Origin: Gemmatimonadales bacterium
Lineage (GTDB): Bacteria; Gemmatimonadota; Gemmatimonadetes; Gemmatimonadales; GWC2-71-9
DNA: 64,000 bases
Assembly: GCA_035702425.1 (NCBI GenBank)
Contig: DASSQQ010000087.1
Coordinates: 12,143-76,142 of the forward strand
Reading direction: 5' to 3'
In this document: positions 1 to 7,077 of the stretch, piece by piece
How the letters are laid out: every line of letters starts with the position of its first letter
Numbering within the stretch: position 1 is the stretch's first letter
The notes under the pieces: model-generated
Told to the model about the DNA's origin: nothing
Databases searched by the model: none
What the model saw: the letters and a program-made list of their open reading frames with translations, nothing else
Made by a program: the position numbers and the translations under genes

Positions 1-45
1 CTGGCGCTCTCGCCTTGACTGGAAGGCGGAGCGTCCGCCGACCCG

Positions 46-1059
46 CTAGCCCTCGTGCCCCTCCCGCCACATCTCGGCCAGCGCGCGCACCGTGCCCGGC
101 GCGTTTCCCTCGGCCCGGTTGTTCGCCAAAATGAACGCTTCGAGCCGCCGCCGCTGCGCTTCCGCGATCAGCCGCAACAAGTCTCCCCGCAACTCCGGGT
201 TCGGCTCCTGCACCCGGTCGTAGGGCCGGAAGCGCTCCACCGCGTCCGCGTAGCGCCGCCCCGGCCGTAACAGCACCCGCGCCACCGTGAACGGCGCCGG
301 AAACACGAACGAGAGCTGCAGCTGCTGGCCGATGGTCGGCATCTCGGTCCAGGAGTTGAACACGTGCGCCACCTGGTGGCGCTTCAGCACCTCCCCGTGG
401 AGGGGATGCAAGAGCTCCGCGTTCCGGAGCTCGACCCCGTACCGGAACTCGGCCGGCAGCTCGGTGAAGAAGCGATCCAGCTCCTCCGCCCACTCGCCGG
501 GGCCGGGGAGGTCGCGCCCCCGCATCGCCTGAAACTCGAACACGAAACAGCCGGCGTGATCGCGGAAGACGCGGGAGTACGGGAGCAGCACCGCGTCCTT
601 GAAGAGCTGCGCGTTCAGGAAATCGGGATTCCTCGTCCCCGCGTCCTTCCCCCACTTCGGATCCTTGTTGAAGCGCCGAGCGGTGATCCGGTCCCAGACC
701 TTGCTCACGCAGGGGAAGCCGGGCGGGAGCGCTTTCGCGTACGCGGCGAGCGTTTCTTCCGACGGCGGATCGTAGAAGGCGCTGTCGATCCCCACGGTGC
801 GGAAGAGCGGATAGCGCGCGTATTCCTCCAGCCGTTTCGCAGGTTGAGGACCGCGGTAGGGCCGGTGATAGACGTCCCCCGCCCAGCCGTCGTAGGTCCA
901 GGTGGAAGTGCCGAAACGGATCGCGGGCGGGAGCGAGCCGGCGAGCGCGACCAGGTCGGGGCGCGGAGGCGGGAGCGCCTCGGGGGCGTCGAAGAGAGAG
1001 GGTTGCTCGCGCCGCGGCATTCTGGCTTTGACTATGCCCATCAAGGCCCGATCCGTCAA
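46..1059 (-). CDS. DUF72 (UPF0759) family protein
   Basis: 337-aa track ORF. The FGTSTWTYDGWAGDVY-type N-terminal motif and the length are typical of DUF72. Codons are GC3-rich. The overlapping + strand ORFs are Arg/Pro-rich shadows. Confidence 0.8.
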   Translation of the reverse strand: MTDRALMGIVKARMPRREQPSLFDAPEALPPPRPDLVALAGSLPPAIRFGTSTWTYDGWAGDVYHRPYRGPQPAKRLEEYARYPLFRTVGIDSAFYDPPSEETLAAYAKALPPGFPCVSKVWDRITARRFNKDPKWGKDAGTRNPDFLNAQLFKDAVLLPYSRVFRDHAGCFVFEFQAMRGRDLPGPGEWAEELDRFFTELPAEFRYGVELRNAELLHPLHGEVLKRHQVAHVFNSWTEMPTIGQQLQLSFVFPAPFTVARVLLRPGRRYADAVERFRPYDRVQEPNPELRGDLLRLIAEAQRRRLEAFILANNRAEGNAPGTVRALAEMWREGHEG

Positions 1060-1138
1060 AAGGTTAGGCGGATGATCCAGGCATCTTGCGGCCTTTTGTG
1101 GCTTCGGGATATATTCGGGCCCCCGAGGAAATCTGTCA

Positions 1139-2431
1139 ATGCCTCAAGCGTCCCGGCGTCCCCCGACCAGCACCCTCGCCGCGTGCTGCTGGATTCCGCT
1201 CTTCGCCCTGCGCTGCGAAGAAGCGCGGCGGCCGGAGCTCGCGGGACTGCCGCTCGCGATCCTCTCCCCCGACGACGCGCGGCGGGTCTGGCAGGTCTCG
1301 CCCCTCGCCCGCCGCTCCGGGGTGCGCGCCGGTCTCACCGTGAGCCAGGCGATCGGTCTCTGCCCCGCGCTCACCCTGATCGAACCCGATCCGGTCCATT
1401 ACGACGAGCGCTTTTCCGCCCTCCTCGCGCGGCTCTCCAACGTCAGCCCCGTGGTCGAGCCTCAGGAGCTGGGGCGGGCGTTCGTGGGGAGCGACGGGAT
1501 GGAAGGGATTTACGGCGGGCCGGAGCGGTTCGTCGAAGCCGTCAAACGCGGAATGCGGAACGCGGAACGCGGAACAGAAACGGAAAGCCCGATCGCATGT
1601 TCCGCGTTCCCACTTCCCCGTTCCGCGTTTCGGATAGGTTGGGGCGCTGGCAAGTTCACCGCCTGGGTCGCCGCCACGCGCGCCAAACCCGGCGCGGCGG
1701 TGATCGTCCCGCCCGGTGACGAAGCGCGATTCCTCGCGGGCCAGCCGATCGCCGTCCTCCCGCTCGACCCCGACACTCACCGCCGGCTCCGCCGCCTGGG
1801 CGTGAACACCCTGGGCAAGCTCGCGGCGCTCCCCGAAGAAGCCGTGGTCTCGCAGTTCGGAAAACCGGGGCGCCGGATCTGGCGGCTCGCGGCGGGCCGG
1901 GCGGTCGAGCCCGTGGTGGGACGGGTGCTCCCGGAGCCGATCGTGGTGTCGCTCGCGTTCTTCACGCCGGTCGCGGGAGAAGAGCTCCTGCTCGCGTCCC
2001 TGCGCCAGCTCCTCGCCCGCGCCCTCGCCTCCCCGCGGCGCATCGGATGGCGGGTGCAAACGGCGCGGGCTCGGGCCGAGCTGGAACAGGGAACCTCCTG
2101 GCTCGCCGAGGTGACCCTCAAGGATCCCACCGCGGACCGGGAGCGGATTCTGGCGCCGCTCCGGGTACGGCTGTCGCAATCGCCGCCCGCGGGCGCGGTG
2201 GAGCGGCTCACGGTGGAGTTCACCGCCTTCGCGCCCGGGACCACCGAGCTGCAGCTCTTCGCGCGGGACGCCACCGCCGCCGCGCGCGCGGGCCGCCGCC
2301 GCGCCCTCCGCGCCGCCACCGAAGAGATCCGCCTGAAGCTGCGGCGCACTTTTCTCTATCACGTGATCGAAGTCCAGCCCTGGTCCCGCCTGCCGGAGCG
2401 GCGTTACGCGCTGATCGATTATGAGCCATAA
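1139..2431 (+). CDS. imuB: ImuB-like inactive Y-family DNA polymerase (mutasome subunit)
   Basis: 430-aa ORF with Y-family polymerase-like layout. The N-terminus reads ..AACCWIPLFALRCEE.. where DinB has its catalytic acidic residues, which is an ImuB hallmark. It lies directly upstream of dnaE2. A C-terminal ELQLF resembles a clamp-binding motif. It carries an in-frame heptamer hairpin at 1545-1629. Confidence 0.75.
   Translation: MPQASRRPPTSTLAACCWIPLFALRCEEARRPELAGLPLAILSPDDARRVWQVSPLARRSGVRAGLTVSQAIGLCPALTLIEPDPVHYDERFSALLARLSNVSPVVEPQELGRAFVGSDGMEGIYGGPERFVEAVKRGMRNAERGTETESPIACSAFPLPRSAFRIGWGAGKFTAWVAATRAKPGAAVIVPPGDEARFLAGQPIAVLPLDPDTHRRLRRLGVNTLGKLAALPEEAVVSQFGKPGRRIWRLAAGRAVEPVVGRVLPEPIVVSLAFFTPVAGEELLLASLRQLLARALASPRRIGWRVQTARARAELEQGTSWLAEVTLKDPTADRERILAPLRVRLSQSPPAGAVERLTVEFTAFAPGTTELQLFARDATAAARAGRRRALRAATEEIRLKLRRTFLYHVIEVQPWSRLPERRYALIDYEP
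1545..1629 (+). repeat. Heptamer-built palindromic element, copy in imuB (in frame)
   Basis: Sequence: aacgcggaa tgcggaa cgcggaa cgcggaa ca / gaaacggaaagcccgatcgcatg / ttccgcg ttcccac ttccccg ttccgcgtt. The outer 9 nt pair perfectly and the arms are about 32 nt. It is translated as ..NAERGTETESPIACSAFPLPRSAF.. Confidence 0.8.
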
Positions 2432-2438
2432 AACCAAA

Positions 2439-2467
2439 GGCGTGGTGCGTAATGCGTGGTGCGTTGG
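2439..2467 (+). repeat. Heptamer tract (half element) in the imuB/orf94 spacer
   Basis: Sequence ggcgtgg tgcgtaa tgcgtgg tgcgttgg covers the orf94 start codon at 2452. It uses the same unit as the left arm of the 2731-2816 element. Its first 9 nt (ggcgtggtg) are the exact reverse complement of 2800-2808. Confidence 0.6.
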
Positions 2468-2736
2468 CAATGTCTGACCGGCTCCGCGCGATCAACGTCC
2501 CGCAACGGGTGGAGGTCGAGGTGGACGCGGCCGGCAATCCGGTGACGGTGGCTCGGTCCGCCGGCCCGTCGGTCCGCCGGTCCGTCGAGGTGGTTCTTGA
2601 ATCCTGGCGGGTGGACGACGAGTGGTGGCGGCGTCCGCTCACGCGCACCTACTACGAGCTGCTGCTCGAAGGAGGACATCACGTCGTGCTGTATCGGGAT
2701 CTCAACACCCACGAGTGGTGGATGCAGAAACCATAA
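2452..2736 (+). CDS. Small conserved-looking hypothetical protein inside the imuB-dnaE2 cassette
   Basis: 94-aa GC3-rich ORF that exactly fills the gap between the imuB stop (2431) and the dnaE2 start (2811). The C-terminus is Trp-rich (ESWRVDDEWWRRPLTRTYYELLLEGGHHVVLYRDLNTHEWWMQ). An alternative ATG lies at 2470. Confidence 0.6.
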   Translation: MRGALAMSDRLRAINVPQRVEVEVDAAGNPVTVARSAGPSVRRSVEVVLESWRVDDEWWRRPLTRTYYELLLEGGHHVVLYRDLNTHEWWMQKP

Positions 2737-2816
2737 AAACACCATGCGTAGTGCGTGGTACGTGGTTGGTTCCGACATGACCGCGCGCTACGCACCACCC
2801 ACCACGCCTTATGGCC
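2731..2816 (+). repeat. Heptamer-built palindromic element filling the orf94/dnaE2 spacer
   Basis: The element runs from ccataa.. to ..ttatgg. The stem is gcgtggtacgtggt (2753-2766) paired with accacccaccacgc (2794-2807), giving 12 of 14 bp. The left end contains the orf94 TAA and the right end contains the dnaE2 ATG. Confidence 0.75.
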
Positions 2817-5800
2817 TACGCCGAGCTCCACTGTCACTCCGCCTTCTCGTTCCTGGATGGCGCGTCGCTCCCCGAGCAGCTGGTGCTCACGGCGCGGGAG
2901 CTGGGGTACGGCGCCCTCGCCCTCACCGACCGGAACGGGCTCTACGGCTCGATGGCCTTCGCGCACGCGGCGAAGCGGCTCGATCTCCAGCCCATCACCG
3001 GCACCGACGTCACGCTGACGGACGGCGCGCGCGTCACCCTGCTCGCCGAAACGCCGCCGGGCTACGCCAATCTCTGCCGGCTCCTCACCGAGACCCACCT
3101 GTCCCGCGCCGATCGCCGCGATCCCCGGCTCGACTTCGCCTCGCTCGAAGCGCGGCACGAGGGGCTGATCGTGCTCTCCGGCGGCCGGGACGGGCTCCTC
3201 CCCCGCGCCCTCGCGGCCAGCCGCTCCGGCGCCCGCCGGCTCGCCGAGCGCTGCCGCGCGGTGTTCGGGCGGCACGGATGTTACGTCGAGCTGCAGCGCA
3301 ACCGGGTCCGCGGCGACCTCACGCTCACCCGCGCGCTCGCGGATCTCGCCGATGCCGCGGGGCTCGACGTGGTGGCCACCGGCAACGTGCTCTACCACCG
3401 GCGGGAGCGGCACCGGCTGCACGACGTGCTGGTGGCGATCCGCCAGCGCACCACGCTCGACGGCTCCCACACCGTGCGCCAGCCCAACTCCGAGTTCGCC
3501 CTGCGCCCGCCGGAAGAAATGGCGGAGATCTTTTGCGACCGCCCCGATGCCGTCCGCCGCACCGACGAAATCGCGGCCCGCTGCCGCGCCTTCGACCTCA
3601 CCAAGGACCTGGGCTACGGATTCCCCGATTTCCACGGCGCGGCAAGCACGCCCGCCCCCCAGGCCCTGGCCGAGCTCTGCCGGGCGCGCTTCGAGGAGCG
3701 CTACCCGCCCGACTCGGTGCACCGCGTGGAAGCCGAGCGGCGCCTCGCCGAAGAGCTGCGGCTGATCGAGCATCACCGGCTCTCGGGATTTTTCCTGGTC
3801 TATCACGACCTCTTCGACCTCGCGCGCGAAGTGGCGGCCGACGTGCGGCGCGGCACCCGCCGCGCGATGGGAGGCCTCCTCCCCGGCCGGGGGCGCGGCT
3901 CCTCGGTCTCCTCCGTGGTGTGCTACCTGCTCGGCCTCTCCCACGTGGATCCCGTCGCCTGCCATCTCTTCATCGGCCGCTTCCTGAACGAAACCCTCGC
4001 GTCGGTCCCCGACATCGATCTCGATTTCCCCCGCGAGATCCGCGAGGAGCTGATCCGGCGGGTCTACAAACGTTACGGCGACGAGCACACCGGGCTGGTC
4101 TGCTCCTATCCCACTTACCGCCTGCGCTCCGCGGTGCGGGAGATCGGCAAGGCGCTCGACCTCCCGCCCGGAGAGCTGGAACAGGTCGCCCGGCTCGCGG
4201 ACCACCGCTCGGCGGGCGGCCTGCGCGAGGAATTGCAGGAGCTCCCGGGATTCCGGGACCGGGTGGACGCGCCGCTTTGGCGGGAGCTGGTGGAGCTGGC
4301 CGAGGAGATCGCGGGACTCCCGCGCCACATCTCCCAGCACGTGGGCGGGATGATCATCTCCAGCCGCCCCCTGGTGGAAATCGTGCCGCTCGAGCGCGCC
4401 GCGATGGAAGACCGGGTGCTCTGCCAGTGGGACAAGGATTCCTGCGACGACGCGCGCTTCATCAAGATCGATTTCCTGGCGCTGGGCATGCTCTCCCTGG
4501 TGGAGGAATGCGTGGAGCTCGTCGCCAGGAAAGAAGGCCAGCCGCCCGATCTCTCGCGCATCGACTTCGAGGACCCCGCGGTCTACGATCGCATTTGCGC
4601 CGGGGACACGGTGGGGCTCTTTCAGATCGAGAGCCGCGCCCAGATGCAGATGATCCGCCGCACCCGGCCGCGAAACCTCGAGGACCTCGCGGTGGAAGTG
4701 GCGATCGTGCGGCCGGGACCGATCGTGGGCGGCGCGGTGAATCCGTACGTGCGCCGGCGCGAAGCCCAGCGCGCGGCGCGCGCCAAGGGGCTCCCTTACG
4801 AACCGCCGCTCGATCATCCCCTGCTGAAAGAGGCGCTCACCGAGACCCTGGGCGTGATTCTCTATCAGGACCAGGTGCTGCAGGTCTGCCAGGCGCTCGC
4901 GGGATTCACGGCGGGCCAGGCGGAAGCCCTGCGGCGGGCGATGAGCCGCCGCCGCTCCCGGGAGCTGATGGGCGGATTCTGGGAGGAATTTCGCGCCGGC
5001 GCGATGGCGCGCGGGGTATCGGAGAAGACCGCCGAGCGGGTCTTCGCGCAGGTGATCGCGTTCTCGGAGTTCGGGTTTCCCAAGTCGCACGCGGCGGCGT
5101 TCGGGCTCCTCGCCTATCAGTCGGCGTGGCTCCGGCACTATCACCCGGTCGAGTACTACGTGGGACTCTTCAACAACCAGCCGATGGGATTTTACTCGCT
5201 CGATTTTCTGGGCCGGGACGCCAAGCGCAACCGGGTGGACATCCGGCTGCCCGACCTGAACGCGAGCGACGTGTGGTGCACGGTGGAGCAAGAGACGGGA
5301 GGCGAGAGACGAGAGGCGCACGCGTTGCGGATCGGGCTCGGGTTCATCAGGGACTGGAGCGAAGAAACCGCGACGGCGGCGGTGCTGGAGCGGGAGCGGA
5401 ACGGCCCCTACCGCAGCCTCGGCGACTTCGTGCGCAGAGCGCCGGCGGGATTGAATCGTACCGCGATCGAGAATCTGGCCTGGGTGGGCGGGTGCGACGG
5501 GTTCGGCCTCACCCGGCGGGAAGTCCTCTGGCAGATCGGGCTCTGGCTCCCGTCGGAAGCGGCGCGGAACGAGAAGAGAGTGCGGCGCCAGCTCGAGCTG
5601 CCGCTCGATCATCCGCACGAGCGACTCCGCTTCACCGGCGTGGGCGAGAGCGACCGTCTTCTCGCCGAGTACGCGATGCTCGGCTTCGCGGCGAGCGGGC
5701 ATCCGCTCTCACTGGTGCGGGAATCATTGCCCGGGCGCCTGGTGCTCTCCGACCGGCTCCCCGGTCTCGAGCACGGCGTCCGGGTGGAGGTGGCGGGCCT

Positions 5801-6152
5801 GGTGGTGGCGCGCCAGCGGCCGGAGACCGCCAAGGGAATCGTGTTCGTTCTGCTGGAAGACGAGCGGGGAATGGTGAACGTGATCGTCCGGCCCGACGTC
5901 TACGCCAAATGCCGCGTGGCGGTGCGCGGCGAGCCGTTCCTGCACGTGATCGGCAAGCTCGCGAAGGACGACGGGACGCTGAACGTGCTGGCGGAGGAAG
6001 TGCGGGGACTGCAGGTCAATTGTGGATTGCCGAATGCGGATTGTGGATTGGAAAGCCCGGCCGGCGAATCCGCGATCCGCAATCCGCAATCGCCAATGTC
6101 GTTGCTCCGCTCCCTGCGCCAGGTGGCGCCGGACAGCAAGGACTGGGGCTAG
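2811..6152 (+). CDS. dnaE2: Error-prone DNA polymerase DnaE2 (ImuC)
   Basis: 1113-aa ORF. N-terminal PHP domain ([17 protein letters not shown]), Pol III alpha core motifs, and a size and gene context typical of DnaE2. It carries an in-frame heptamer hairpin 18 codons before the stop. Confidence 0.95.
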   Translation: MAYAELHCHSAFSFLDGASLPEQLVLTARELGYGALALTDRNGLYGSMAFAHAAKRLDLQPITGTDVTLTDGARVTLLAETPPGYANLCRLLTETHLSRADRRDPRLDFASLEARHEGLIVLSGGRDGLLPRALAASRSGARRLAERCRAVFGRHGCYVELQRNRVRGDLTLTRALADLADAAGLDVVATGNVLYHRRERHRLHDVLVAIRQRTTLDGSHTVRQPNSEFALRPPEEMAEIFCDRPDAVRRTDEIAARCRAFDLTKDLGYGFPDFHGAASTPAPQALAELCRARFEERYPPDSVHRVEAERRLAEELRLIEHHRLSGFFLVYHDLFDLAREVAADVRRGTRRAMGGLLPGRGRGSSVSSVVCYLLGLSHVDPVACHLFIGRFLNETLASVPDIDLDFPREIREELIRRVYKRYGDEHTGLVCSYPTYRLRSAVREIGKALDLPPGELEQVARLADHRSAGGLREELQELPGFRDRVDAPLWRELVELAEEIAGLPRHISQHVGGMIISSRPLVEIVPLERAAMEDRVLCQWDKDSCDDARFIKIDFLALGMLSLVEECVELVARKEGQPPDLSRIDFEDPAVYDRICAGDTVGLFQIESRAQMQMIRRTRPRNLEDLAVEVAIVRPGPIVGGAVNPYVRRREAQRAARAKGLPYEPPLDHPLLKEALTETLGVILYQDQVLQVCQALAGFTAGQAEALRRAMSRRRSRELMGGFWEEFRAGAMARGVSEKTAERVFAQVIAFSEFGFPKSHAAAFGLLAYQSAWLRHYHPVEYYVGLFNNQPMGFYSLDFLGRDAKRNRVDIRLPDLNASDVWCTVEQETGGERREAHALRIGLGFIRDWSEETATAAVLERERNGPYRSLGDFVRRAPAGLNRTAIENLAWVGGCDGFGLTRREVLWQIGLWLPSEAARNEKRVRRQLELPLDHPHERLRFTGVGESDRLLAEYAMLGFAASGHPLSLVRESLPGRLVLSDRLPGLEHGVRVEVAGLVVARQRPETAKGIVFVLLEDERGMVNVIVRPDVYAKCRVAVRGEPFLHVIGKLAKDDGTLNVLAEEVRGLQVNCGLPNADCGLESPAGESAIRNPQSPMSLLRSLRQVAPDSKDWG
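6019..6097 (+). repeat. Heptamer-built palindromic element, copy in dnaE2 (in frame)
   Basis: Sequence: attgtgg attgccg aatgcgg attgtgg attgg / aaagcccggccgg / cgaatcc gcgatcc gcaatcc gcaatcg ccaat. 26 of 33 arm positions are complementary. It shares the central GGAAAGCCCG with the imuB copy. Translated as [27 protein letters not shown]. Confidence 0.8.
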
Positions 6153-7048
6153 CCCCCCACCCGCTCCTCCCACTCCTCGAGCGAGCGGGGCCAGTCGTCC
6201 TTCAGCAAGCGCGACAGCGACCGGTCCGCCAGCACCTTCCCTCCGGTCTGGCAGGTGGCGCAGTAGTTCATCTCGTTCTCGGCGTAGCGCACCCGCTGTA
6301 CCGGCGAGCCGCAAACCGGGCAGGGCCGCTTGTACCTCCCGTGTACCGCCATCTCCTCCCGGAACGCGGTCACTTTGTCGGGGAACCCGTCCCCGGCTTC
6401 CGCCGAAAGCCGCGCGATCCAGCCGGTGAGCGTGGCCCGCGTCGCCGCGTGCAGGCGGTCGAGATCGGCATCGGACATCGTGCCGGTGAGCGCGAAGGGC
6501 GAGAGCTTCGCGGCGTGGAGAATCTCGTCCGAGTAGGCGTTGCCTACGCCGGAGAGAATGTGCGGATCGGTGAGCGCGCGCTTCAGGGTGTGGTTCTCGC
6601 GGCGCAGCGCGGCGCGGAATTCCGCGGCCGTCGCCTCCAGCACCTCGAGTCCGCCCGCCGAGAGCGCGCGCAGCGCCTCGTCCCCGCGCACCAGATGGAG
6701 AGATGCGCGCTTCTTGCCCGACGCTTCGGTGAAGAGCAGAGTTCCGGAGGCGAAATCGAACGCGGCGAGGCCGATTTTCCCGGGCACCTTGGTCTGGGGC
6801 GGCTTCCAGCGCAGCCGCCCCGCGATCATCAGATGAATGACGAGAAAGAGATCCGGCTCGAGCGCGATCACGATGCGCTTGCCGAGGCGGGAGACGCCGG
6901 TCACGGTGCGCCCCGGCGCCGCGTCGAGCGGCGGCTCCACGCTCCGCACCAGAAACGGACTCGTGACCCGGACCCGCTCCAGGGTTCGCCCCACGATTCG
7001 CGGGCGCAGCGCTTCGAGATAGACCACGATGTCGGGAAGCTCGGGCAC
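6149..7048 (-). CDS. Fpg/Nei family DNA glycosylase/AP lyase
   Basis: 299-aa ORF. N-terminal MPELPD (catalytic Pro2/Glu3), an H2TH-like segment ([13 protein letters not shown]) and a C-terminal zinc finger (CPVCG...CATCQ). It lies immediately downstream of lhr on the same strand. Confidence 0.9.
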   Translation of the reverse strand: MPELPDIVVYLEALRPRIVGRTLERVRVTSPFLVRSVEPPLDAAPGRTVTGVSRLGKRIVIALEPDLFLVIHLMIAGRLRWKPPQTKVPGKIGLAAFDFASGTLLFTEASGKKRASLHLVRGDEALRALSAGGLEVLEATAAEFRAALRRENHTLKRALTDPHILSGVGNAYSDEILHAAKLSPFALTGTMSDADLDRLHAATRATLTGWIARLSAEAGDGFPDKVTAFREEMAVHGRYKRPCPVCGSPVQRVRYAENEMNYCATCQTGGKVLADRSLSRLLKDDWPRSLEEWEERVGG

Positions 7049-7077
7049 GAAGGGTTACGGCCCGCCGGAGTGGACGG

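Noticed and set aside
1060-1138. A LexA/SOS box in the imuB promoter region.
   Set aside because: I found no match to the boxes I know: CTGT-N8-ACAG, CGAAC-N4-GTTCG or GTTC-N7-GTTC. The region holds only an imperfect TTCGGG direct repeat with an 11-nt period around a TATATT -10-like hexamer, and a 7-bp inverted repeat with one mismatch. That is not enough to call an operator without knowing this lineage's LexA motif.
2432-2816. orf94 interpreted as an integron gene cassette flanked by attC-like palindromes.
   Set aside because: There are no R''/R' core sites (RYYYAAC / GTTRRRY) at the palindrome ends and no integrase nearby. The flanking tracts belong to the same heptamer family found inside genes elsewhere.
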